Positions 47,781 through 56,933 of a DNA stretch of 64,000 nucleotides are shown one piece after another. Position 1 is the stretch's first letter, and each line of letters starts with the position of its first letter. The notes beneath the pieces are model-generated. The model was not told where the DNA came from, did not search any database, and saw only the letters and a list, made by a program, of their open reading frames with translations. Location of the stretch: NCBI GenBank assembly GCA_963745365.1, contig CAVUXC010000014.1, forward strand, positions 46,247 through 110,246. Reading direction: 5' to 3'. The stretch comes from an uncultured Actinomycetes bacterium. Its GTDB lineage: Bacteria; Actinomycetota; Thermoleophilia; Solirubrobacterales; 70-9. A program made the position numbers and the translations under genes.

Positions 47781-48555
47781 ATGAGCCGCACCTCAAGGAC
47801 GATCGGGGCCCTGGCCCTGCTGGCCCTGATCGGGGGGGCTCGTCGCCTGGGCGGTCCTCTCGGGGGGCGACTCCAGCGAGACGACCACGGCGTCGCGCCC
47901 GCCGGCCCCGGCCGCGTCGAAGCCGGCGCACGCGAAGCCGCGGCTCGAGCTTTCCAATCGCGGCCAGCCGATCGTCTGGCTCCGCCACGGCGCTCAGATC
48001 CCGATCCACAGCGCTCCGGGCGGCAAGGTGCTGAAGACCGTGCACTGGCGGACGCCGTTCGACTCACGGACGGTGCTCTCCGTGTTTCGCCACGTGGGCC
48101 AGTGGGCCGCCGTCCCCACGCCGCTGCTTCCCACCGGCCAGCTCGGCTGGGTGAAGCTCGATCCCTCGAAGCTCCGCGCGGGCTGGACCCCCTACGCGAT
48201 CGACGTCGACCTCTCCAGGCGTTCCGCCCAGCTTCGGCGCGGCGATCGGGTGTTGCGCTCGTTCACGGTCACCGTGGGAGCGCCCGGCACCAGCACCCCG
48301 ACCGGGCGGTTCGCGGTCACCGACATCTTCCGCGGCAATCTCAACCCGGCCTATGGGTGCTGCGCGGTCGCCACCACCGCGCGCCAGCTCCACCTGCCCT
48401 CGGGCTGGTTCGGCGGCGACCGGATCGCGGTGCACGGCACCAGCGGGCCGCTTGGCGTAGCCGCCTCAAGCGGCTGCGTTCGCGCGGCGGACGAAGACCT
48501 CAACGCGCTGGTCGACCGGGTCCAGCTCGGGTCGCCGGTGGTCATCCGGCAGTAG
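47781..48555 (+). CDS. L,D-transpeptidase (YkuD domain), frame broken in a G7 run
   Basis: ATG 47781, MSRTSRTIGALALLALIGG. After the G7 run 47832-47838 the same helix continues in the next frame (LVAWAVLSGG...). The YkuD catalytic region reads TPTGRFAVTD...HGTSGPLGVAASSGCVRA. Confidence 0.75.
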
Positions 48556-49835
48556 CGAGCTGCTCCTCGAGCGCCGCCTCCAGGTCGCCCGCCACCTGGT
48601 CGATGTCGGCGAACAGGTCGCGGTCGCCCGCCAGCCCGAAGAAGACGCCGCCGTCGTAGCTGACCACGCCGACGGACAGCGCGTGCCCCTGCGGCGACAG
48701 GGGCACGAACGGGTAGACCTCCACCATTCTGCGGCCCAGGAGGTAGAAGGGCATCTGCGGCCCCGGGACGTTGGAGGCGACGAGGTTCCAGGTCAGCGGC
48801 CGGGCGAGCACGTCGGCGAGCACGCGGTTGATGGTGGGCGGGGTCCAGCCGCTGGCCTCGATCACGAGCGAGGCGGCGCGGGCCTGCTCGGATTGCTTCA
48901 CCCGGGTGGTCTCCTCGTGGACGCGCTCGAGCCGCCGCAGCGGGTCGGCCTCGCTCAACGGCAGCGCGACCATCAGGGTTGCGATCCGGTTGCCCAGCTC
49001 CAGGTGCTCGTCGGGGCGCCGGATGCTCATCGGCACCAGGGCCACGAGCTGCTCCGGGAGCGGCTCGCCGCGGCGCTCGAACAGCCGCCGCAACCCGCCG
49101 GCGACGATCGACAGGATCACGTCGTTGACGGTGGCGCCGCTCTCGGTGCGGGCGCGCTTCAGCGCGGCCAGTTCGGTGCTCGACGAAGCCGACCCGGCGG
49201 TCGCGGCCGATCTCCTGGTTCAGGAAGGTGGGCGGGGCGCTCGGCCCGCGGGCCGCCAGGTTGGCGAACCCCTCCGCGGTGCGCATGACGGCCGACGCAG
49301 TGCCGCGTGGCATGGTGAGCGCGCTGCGGGCCGTCTTGCTGGCGGCGCGCAGCCGCCCTCGGATCCCCTCCGAGGCGGCACGGACGAAGAGCATCTCCGG
49401 GCTGGGCTCGTCTGGGTCCCAGCGCTCCTCGCCGATCGGGACCTCGGTTCCCTCGGGGTTCGGGTCGAGCATGATCGTCCCCACGTCGACTGCCGAGACG
49501 CCGTCGACGAGCGCATGGTGCGTCTTCGAGATGTAGGCGTGGCGCCCGCCCTCCAGGCCCTCGACCAGATAGAGCTGCCACAGGGGGCGCTCCAGGTCCA
49601 GCGGCTGGGACATCACCCGGCCGACCAGCTCCCGGAGCTGGCTCATGGTCCCCGGGCGCGGCAACGCGGCGTGGCGGACGTGCCAGCGCAGGTCGAAGCG
49701 CGAGTCGTCGGCCCAGACGGGGTTCACGAGCCCGAGCGGGGTCGACCGGACCCGCTGGCGAAAGCGCGGCACCAAGCCGAGCCGCCCCTCGACGTGGTCG
49801 AGCAGCTCCTCGAGGGCCGGTGGGTCGCCTTCCAT
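48542..49835 (-). CDS. wax ester synthase / diacylglycerol acyltransferase (WS/DGAT), frame broken; true start probably upstream (to ~49926)
   Basis: HHALVDGVS is the catalytic HHxxxDG motif. The N-part is in ORF 48351..49835 and the C-part (TELAALKRARTESGATVNDVILSIVAGGLRRL...NVPGPQMPFYLLG) in ORF 48542..49120. An extra base sits near 49178. The conserved N-terminal segment ISERTQRLSSSDVSSLLAERGPIHVHVGATLL lies in frame upstream of the first ATG. Confidence 0.8.
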
Positions 49836-50002
49836 CAGGAGCGTCGCCCCGACGTGAACGTGGATCGGCCCCCGCTCGGCGAGCAGCGAGGAGACGTCGG
49901 AGGAAGAGAGGCGCTGGGTGCGTTCGCTGATCGCCCGAGCCTATCCCGCCCTATGCGCGGTGTGCTCGGCGTCTGGGTTCGGCTGTGATGTGTTCTGACC
50001 AG

Positions 50003-50632
50003 CTAAGCGGTGGTGGTCTGCTGCGGCCCGGGGCCGGCAGCGTGCTGGGCCAGGACGACGCTCGCCCACACCACCACGATGCCAGTAGCCAAAAAGGCAA
50101 AGAACCCGCCCGGCGTCAGGCCGACGATGCCGACCACCAGGGCCAACCACCCGAGCGGCCGCGGAAGGCCGCCGTGGCGCAGAACGGCGAGCGCGAGCCC
50201 CAGGTTGAAGACCGCGGTCCCAATCGCGAGCGGAAAGAAGAGATCGCTGTTGAGTGCGTTCAGGGTCAATACGGCGGAGGCCGGCAGCTGGTCAGCGGCG
50301 TCGCCGAGGGTGAATCCGATCCCGGCGAAGATTGACGCTCCGACCACGATCATCAGGCCGCCCAGCATAGCCACGGTCGAGAGTCCGCCTTCATCGCCTG
50401 CGACGGCCCTCAGAGTCCGGCGCAGCGACCCGAGGAAGAAGAGAAAGGCCACGCATGCGAGCGCCAGCAGCGCAGACGCAACCGATTGCTCGGAGTCGTT
50501 GTCGACGTAAAAGGAGACGATCGTCTGCGCTGAATCGTCGGTACCGGGTGTCTCGCCGCCAACAACGAAGGCAACGATCACGAGTACCACGAAGAGGATC
50601 CCGGTAAGCGGGCCGATCTGTTTGGCGTTCAT
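50003..50632 (-). CDS. hypothetical integral membrane protein
   Basis: ATG 50632, MNAKQIGPLTGILFVVLVIVAF..., with about six hydrophobic helices. Confidence 0.6.
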   Translation of the reverse strand: MNAKQIGPLTGILFVVLVIVAFVVGGETPGTDDSAQTIVSFYVDNDSEQSVASALLALACVAFLFFLGSLRRTLRAVAGDEGGLSTVAMLGGLMIVVGASIFAGIGFTLGDAADQLPASAVLTLNALNSDLFFPLAIGTAVFNLGLALAVLRHGGLPRPLGWLALVVGIVGLTPGGFFAFLATGIVVVWASVVLAQHAAGPGPQQTTTA

Positions 50633-50733
50633 TGACGCTCCCTGAGGTCGGGGGCAGGAACCGGCCCACCTTCTCACAGCCGGCGGTCAACAACCCATCC
50701 CTAGCATCACCTCGCTGCCAAACTTGAGCGCTT

Positions 50734-51084
50734 ATGGCGAAGCGACGGCGGCATCAACGCAGGCAACCAGAGCCGACCTCGGACTACGCCGATGCCGAAG
50801 GCAACGTTCTCAGCCTGCGGCAGTCGCTGAGCGCCGGCACGATCGCCAAGATCGGCGAGGCGCCGGCTGGTGCGGCCTCCTCTCGCGACGACGCCTGGCG
50901 GCGGCGAGCCGAGCTGCTCTTCGAGCGGCTCGCCGTCCGCTGGGAGATCGCCGGGCTGCCGCTGACCGAGCAGGCGATGCTGCTGGGCCGCTACCGGCTG
51001 GCCGACGCCGACACGCAGCGCTGGGTTCGCGAGACGATCGCCGTCCACCTGGAGCGCCACATCCCAGAGCTGTCGGCACGGTGA
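50734..51084 (+). CDS. hypothetical protein
   Basis: 116 aa with a basic N-terminus (MAKRRRHQRRQ) and high GC3. I recognise no family. Confidence 0.5.
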   Translation: MAKRRRHQRRQPEPTSDYADAEGNVLSLRQSLSAGTIAKIGEAPAGAASSRDDAWRRRAELLFERLAVRWEIAGLPLTEQAMLLGRYRLADADTQRWVRETIAVHLERHIPELSAR

Positions 51085-51102
51085 GAAGCTGGACGCCCCG
51101 CC

Positions 51103-52959
51103 TCAGTGCCCCACGGCCGAACCACGGCCGGCGGCTGAAGGGTGGTTGGCGACGATTCGCAGCACCTCGTCGGCGTGTCGAGACACGAACGCGGGCCCGA
51201 CGCCGCGGATCTTCGCGAGGGCCTCAACTCCACCCGGGCGCGAGGCCGCTATCGCCTCGAGGGTGCGGTTGTGCGCCACCGTGTAGGCGGGCTTGCCGGT
51301 GGCCGCGGCCAGGCGCCACGCCTTCAGCGCCTCCAGCAGGCCGGCGTCCGCGGCGGACAGCTCGGGGGCCGGAACCGCGGCCCGCCGGCGCGCCCGCGCC
51401 GGCCGGATCTCGATCGTCTCCGGGGAGGGCAGCCAGCCCTCTGGGTCGCAGACGTCGCAGCAGCGCCCCTCGGGCCGGCCCGGTTGGCTGTCGCCGAAAT
51501 GGTCGAGCAGGCCGCGACGGCGGCAGGTCGCTGAGAAGCTGAAGGCCTCGACCGCCCGGTAGGCGCGCCAGCCGCGGTCCCTTGCCACCCGGCAGGCCGC
51601 GGCGGCGCGCCCTCTGTCGAGCGCGCCGTTCAGGCGCACGGTGAGCCGCCCGCCGGGAGCAGGCTCGACCGTGCAGGCGCCGGCGCGCTCGGCGATCGCC
51701 AGGCGGATCCGGTCCTCGTCCTGGCGGGGGTTGTCGATCACCAGGGCGCCGTCGGAGTCGGCGACGCGCTCCAGCTGCTCGACATAGACGGCGACCGCCT
51801 CCGGGTCGACGCTGCGCTGCTGGATGAAGCGCACCAAGCGCCCCAGGTCGGAGCGCCCGGCGAGCAGCACCGCGCGCGCGGGCCTGCCGTCGCGCCCCGC
51901 TCGCCCGGCCTCCTGGTAGTAGGCCTCGACGCTGGCCGGGATCGCCCAATGCCAGACGGAGCGCACGTCGGCTTTGTCGATGCCCATGCCGAACGCGTTG
52001 GTGGCGACGACGACCTCCGCGTCTCCCGACATGAAGCGATGCTGCGCGGAGGCGCGCTCATCCGGGGCCATGCCGGCGTGATAGGCAGCGGCCAGGACCC
52101 CCGCCGAGCGCAGCGACTCGGCGACCTCCTCGCTGTCGCGCCGCGTCCCGCAGTAGACGATCGCCGGCCGATTCTCGGCCTCCAGCAGGCCGTGCTCGAG
52201 CAGGCCGAGCTTGCGAGCCTTGGAGCCCTTGCCCTCGAAGGTCACGGTGTCGAAGGAGATGTTCGGACGGTCGAATCCCGAGCGCACGACCAGCGGCTCG
52301 CGCAGGACCAGGCGGCGTTCGATCTCCCCGGCCACCTCCGCCGTGGCGGTCGCGGTGCAGGCAACGACCGTCGGGCGGCCGAGTCGCTCGATCGCCTTGG
52401 GCAGCCGCAGATAGTCGGGACGGAAGTCGTGCCCCCATTCCGAGACGCAGTGCGCCTCGTCGACGGCCAGCAGGTCGACCTCGCGGCTGGTCACGGCGTC
52501 GAGGAAGTCGCTGGAGCCGAAGCGCTCCGGCGAGCAGTAGACGATTCGCGCTCGGCCGTCGCGGACCCGGGCGAGCGCCTCGCGGTTCGCCGCTGCGCCC
52601 AGGCCCGAGGCCACCATGACGACGGGATGACCGGCCGCGGTCATCCGGAGGCACTGGTCGGCCATCAGCGCGATCAGCGGACTGACCACGATGCTCAGCT
52701 GCGGCGAGGCCAGGCCGGGGAGCTGGTAGCAGAGGCTCTTGCCCCCGCCCGTCGGCATGACGATCAGCGCGTCGCGCCCGTCGAGCGCCGCCTGAACCGC
52801 CTCCCGCTGGCCGGGCCGGAAAGCCTGGTGGCCGAGGTGGGCCAGCAGCGCCTCCGGCGTCCGCTGCCCGCGATAGACGCGCGTCGCGGCGTCCAGCCCA
52901 TCGAATCCCTCGAGCCCCTGCAGCGCAAGGGTTGCCTGAGCCTGCTCGAGCTGGGCCAT
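51103..52959 (-). CDS. recQ: ATP-dependent DNA helicase RecQ
   Basis: ATG 52959. MPTGGGKSLCYQLP, DEAHCVSEWGHDFRPDY, the zinc-finger region CRRRGLLDHFGD...CCDVC, and a C-terminal HRDC domain. Confidence 0.9.
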   Translation of the reverse strand: MAQLEQAQATLALQGLEGFDGLDAATRVYRGQRTPEALLAHLGHQAFRPGQREAVQAALDGRDALIVMPTGGGKSLCYQLPGLASPQLSIVVSPLIALMADQCLRMTAAGHPVVMVASGLGAAANREALARVRDGRARIVYCSPERFGSSDFLDAVTSREVDLLAVDEAHCVSEWGHDFRPDYLRLPKAIERLGRPTVVACTATATAEVAGEIERRLVLREPLVVRSGFDRPNISFDTVTFEGKGSKARKLGLLEHGLLEAENRPAIVYCGTRRDSEEVAESLRSAGVLAAAYHAGMAPDERASAQHRFMSGDAEVVVATNAFGMGIDKADVRSVWHWAIPASVEAYYQEAGRAGRDGRPARAVLLAGRSDLGRLVRFIQQRSVDPEAVAVYVEQLERVADSDGALVIDNPRQDEDRIRLAIAERAGACTVEPAPGGRLTVRLNGALDRGRAAAACRVARDRGWRAYRAVEAFSFSATCRRRGLLDHFGDSQPGRPEGRCCDVCDPEGWLPSPETIEIRPARARRRAAVPAPELSAADAGLLEALKAWRLAAATGKPAYTVAHNRTLEAIAASRPGGVEALAKIRGVGPAFVSRHADEVLRIVANHPSAAGRGSAVGH

Positions 52960-53180
52960 CCCGCAAGCGTAGGGGCCGCCCCGGCACGAAATTGCGGCCA
53001 ATGAGGTCGAGTTCGGCACGCCCGCGAAAAGAGGCTTACCCCTCTCCCCACGTTCGGCGGTTGCGGCCCAGGCTGATCGACCGCGGCCCAGGCTCATCGA
53101 TGGTCGACTTGCGTTCCTCTATCCAGCGCAACTCGGCCATCGGCGCCTTGCGTCGCCTCTTACAATCGTCGTCCGGGTCA

Positions 53181-53399
<219 letters not shown>

Positions 53400-53691
53400 T
53401 CACGCCTAGCGGGACCCATCGCGCAAGATCCATCGCGCAGAGCGCGAATCGATCGGGAGGACCGTTTACATGCGCCGCGGAAGGCGGAACTATCGTGGAG
53501 CGGCAACCAAGGCGAAGCTGTGACGTCGGCTAGCGCCTTGCCGTCGGAATGCTGAACTGGCTGGCCTCGCGCCGTCGGGGCAGAGCTCAGGAACAAGTCC
53601 GAGAAGCAGATCGAGCGACTGCTTGGTCCCGCCGCTCGCCGGGGCCTTCCGGGGCACAAGCCCCGGCTGACCGGCAAGCCGGCCTAACAAC

Positions 53692-53747
53692 TCAAGCATC
53701 TGCTTGAAAAGTCCAGCCCTCCGTGATAAGTTCAAGCAATCGCTTGA
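53692..53747 (+). promoter_or_regulatory. two 16-bp palindromes TCAAGC-N4-GCTTGA, 40 bp centre to centre (putative operator pair)
   Basis: TCAAGCATCTGCTTGA at 53692-53707 and TCAAGCAATCGCTTGA at 53732-53747. They lie immediately upstream of GGAGGA and ATG 53770. Confidence 0.45.
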
Positions 53748-53769
53748 TCAACTTCCTTTGGAGGACCAA

Positions 53770-54609
53770 ATGGAAGTCGCACTCAGCGGCGGAACTAGGG
53801 CTTCCGGATCTACGTTTGGCGGAAGCGGGAGCGGCCGGTGGCGGCGCTCGGAGGCGCCGCGTTGCTGCTCGCGGTGCCACTCCGGCCGGGTCGACCTACG
53901 ACCGGCCTGCGGACGTGGGCCTGTCCGACGCAGACGGCACCATCCATGACGCCAGCCGCGGCGACGAGACAAGCGCCGATCTGGACTCAGCGGTGGTCGA
54001 CTCGGCGATTGAGGCATTCGCCGGCACCGGCAAGCCCTACCTCCACATAACGGGTGCGTGGGTCTATGGAGCCAACCCTTCGATCACCGAGAAGTCCCGA
54101 TCGATGCGCCGGCGATGGTCGCCTGGAAGGAACCGATCGCCCAGCGCGCTCTCGATGCGGGCGACATGCGGGGAGTCGTCATCGCCCCCGGTGTGGCGTA
54201 CGGCGACGGCGGCGGAGGCGTTCCCGGGCTGCTGCTCGGCTCTCCCCGCGACGACGCCGGCAACCTGATCATGCTCGGCGCCGGGCAGCAGCATTGGTCG
54301 ACCGTCCACGTCGCGGATCTGGCCGATTTCTTCCGGCGCGCTCTGGAGGACGACTCGGCGCGCGGTCACTACGTCGTCGGCGATGGACTGAACCCGACGT
54401 GGCGGAGTTGACCGAGGCGGCGGCCGTCGCAACCGGCGCCCGGGGGTCCCGGGTACCACGAGGAGGCGCGAGCACGTCTGGGTGACGACTACGCCGAATC
54501 TGCTGCTCGATCTGGGGCGCGACGCAGCCAGAGCCGAGCCGAACTCGATTGGTGGCCGTCCGATCCGGGGCTGATCGACGAGTTCCGAAACGGCAGTTAC
54601 CGCAACTCC
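53770..54609 (+). pseudogene. NAD-dependent epimerase/dehydratase-family gene, at least six frame changes
   Basis: Conserved pieces occur in all three frames in order. These are MEVALSGGT; then ...VAARGATPAGS...DGTIHDASRGDETSADLDSAVVDSAIEAFAGTGKPYLHITGAWVYGANPSITE; then PIDAPAMVAWKEPIAQRALDAGDMRGVVIAPGVAYGDGGGGVPGLLLGSPRDDAGNLIMLGAGQQHWSTVHVADLADFFRRALEDDSARGHYVVGDGLNPT; then VAELTEAAAVATGA; then PGGPGYHEEARARLGDDYAE; then NLLLDLGRDAARAE; then LDWWPSDPGLIDEFRNGSYR. Confidence 0.6.
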
Positions 54610-55164
54610 ATGAGCATCACTGAGACCCAGGCCCTGCCAGCCGGTAATTGGGCCGTCGACAAGACGCATTCCAACGTCGGCTTCGCCGTCGACTACATGG
54701 GGACCGGGTACGTTCAGCGACGTCGACGCGGGCGTCACCGATGGCACGCGAGGGGATCCGCAAGGTCGCATCGGTCCAGGTCAAGGACCCGAACCCGAGG
54801 CCCATCTGCAGAGCCCGGAGTTCTTCGACGCCGAGCGCAGTCCCGAGCTGACGTTCCGGTCCAACTCGATCGAGCGCGACGGCGACCAGGTCAGGGTCGA
54901 CGGCGAGATCACGATCAAGGGCCACACGGAGGCCGTCGAGATCGCGGGCTCGATCTCCGATCCGATCGCCGACCACATCCGGTGGGGACTTTCGCCGAGC
55001 GAGGCGTGGTCGCCGCGACGAGTTCGGCTAGGGCCCGGGGACAGCCGTCGCGTGTGCTCCACGCGGTTTCCCATCCCCGGCAGGGCACCGTGACGGCTTC
55101 GGCAACGTTCCGCGCCCTTCTTGCTGAGGTCCAGTCCAGGCTCCCGGTGCGGCTCGTCGCCTGA
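54610..55164 (+). pseudogene. YceI-family gene, at least three or four frame changes
   Basis: MSITETQALPAGNWAVDKTHSNVGFAVDYMG, then GTFSDVDAGVTDGT (+1), KVASVQVKDPN (+2), and EAHLQSPEFFDAERSPELTFRSNSIERDGDQVRVDGEITIKGHTEAVEIAGSISDPIAD (+1). The 3' end is unresolved. The ATG is in frame with the preceding pseudogene, with no stop between them. Confidence 0.6.
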
Positions 55165-55242
55165 GCGGGACGCGAATAGCGGCGAGGACGATGGGCGTAA
55201 GCTCATGCTCCCCTCCCTTCGCGCACCGCAGCCCGTGACCGA

Positions 55243-56862
55243 ATGAACAGATCAAGCCCACTGAGAGTCCCGGAAAGCCCGGCGCTGTCGCCCTCGCAGC
55301 TCGCAAAGGTCGCCGACCTCGGCGAAGAGCGAACCGCCGACGCGGGCGATGTCCTCTTCCGGGTCGGCGATGATCGCTACCCGTTCATCACGATCCTCGA
55401 GGGCGAGGTCGCGATCCTCGACGGCGGCCGGCAACGAGGTCGTGCGGCAGGGTCCGTCGAACTTCCTCGGCGAGCTGAGCCTGCTGTCGGGGCAGAGCGC
55501 CTTCCTGACCGCCGTGGTCACCGAGCCCTTGCGCTACATCGAGGTCGACAGGGACGCGCTCCGGAGTCTGCTGTTCGACGACGAGCCGCTCAGCGACCTG
55601 CTGCTCGCGACTTTCATCGCCCGACGGGAGGCGCTGCAGCAGGTCGCAGGGCTGGGACTGGAGATCGTCGGCCCGCGTTCGTCCGCGGCGACGAGGCGGT
55701 TGCTCGACTTCGCTCGCAACAACCGACTGCCCCTGACCTGGCGCGATCCGGAGCGAGGAGATGACCCGGAAGCTGCGGCGCTCGTCGCCGAACTCGACCC
55801 CTCGAGCCTGCCGCTCGTGCGAATGCCGGGCGGTGCCGAGATGCGGGCGCCGACGTCCGGCGAGCTGTCTCGCGCGCTTGGGATCGGCCGCGAGCTCGCG
55901 CCACGTGAAGAGGTCGACCTGCTCGTGGTGGGCGCCGGCCCCGCCGGCCTCGGCGCCGCCGTCTACGGCGCCTCCGAGGGTCTCGACACGCTGGTCGTTG
56001 ACAGCAACGCGCTCGGTGGCCAGGCGGGTCAATCACGCCGGATCGAGAACTACCTCGGCTTTCCGGCTGGGATCAGCGGGACCGAGCTCACGGGCAGGGC
56101 GGTCCTGCAGGCGCGCAAGTTCGGCGCGCGGCCGGCGACGCCGTACCGGGCGGTCGCGCTCGAACCCGGAAACGGACGGCACGTCGTCCGGCTCGAGGAG
56201 GGGCAGGAGATCGCCGCTCTCGCGGTGCTGCTCGCGACCGGCGCCGAATACCGTCGCCTTCCGGTCGATGGCCTGTCCGACTACGAAGGCTTGAGCGTCT
56301 TCTACGCCGCGGGCCCGCCAGAGCAGGAGCTCTGCGGGGCATCGCGCGTCGCCGTCGTGGGCGGAGGAAACTCAGCCGGCCAGGCCGCGGTCTGGCTCGC
56401 GCGCGGAGGCGCGCTCGTGACCCTGCTGCACCGCCGCGCGGATCTCCGCGAGACGATGTCGGACTACCTCGTGCGCGAGCTCGACCGCTACGGCGTGGCG
56501 GTCCGCGATCGCAGCGAGATCGCAGAGCTGCACGGGCAGCGCGGGCAGCTCGACGCGGTGACGCTGACGAGCGGAGAGCGCCTGCCGTTCTCGTTCCTGT
56601 TCCTCTTTCTCGGCGCGCGGCCCTGCACCGAGTGGCTGGACGACGCGGTCGAGCGCGACGAGGACGGCTTCATCCTCACCGGCAGCCGCCGTCGCGCAGC
56701 GACGATCTGCTCGAGACGAGCGTGCCCGGGGTCTACGCGGCTGGGGACGTTCGCGCAGGCTCGACGAAACGGTGCGCCGCCGCGGTCGGCGAGGGAGCCA
56801 TGGTCGTGCAGTTGGTTCATTCACACATCCGCGAGCAGCGCGCGGCCATCCAGGGAGCCTGA
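55243..56862 (+). CDS. cyclic-nucleotide-binding domain fused to thioredoxin-disulfide reductase-like FAD oxidoreductase, two frame breaks as assembled
   Basis: The N-terminus reads ...AGDVLFRVGDDRYPFITILEGEVAILDGG, then NEVVRQGPSNFLGELSLLSGQSAFLTAVV in ORF 55349..56890. Further motifs are LLVVGAGPAGLGAAVYGASEGL and VVGGGNSAGQAAVWL. The C-terminus DDLLETSVPGVYAAGDVRAGSTKRCAAAVGEGAMVV is in ORF 56632..56862. Breaks lie near 55428 and 56690. Confidence 0.8.
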
Positions 56863-56933
56863 CGCGGATCAGGCGACACCTGGTCGCTGATCGCGACGCT
56901 GTCCGGCTGATCCTCGGATCCCTCTGCCGGTAA

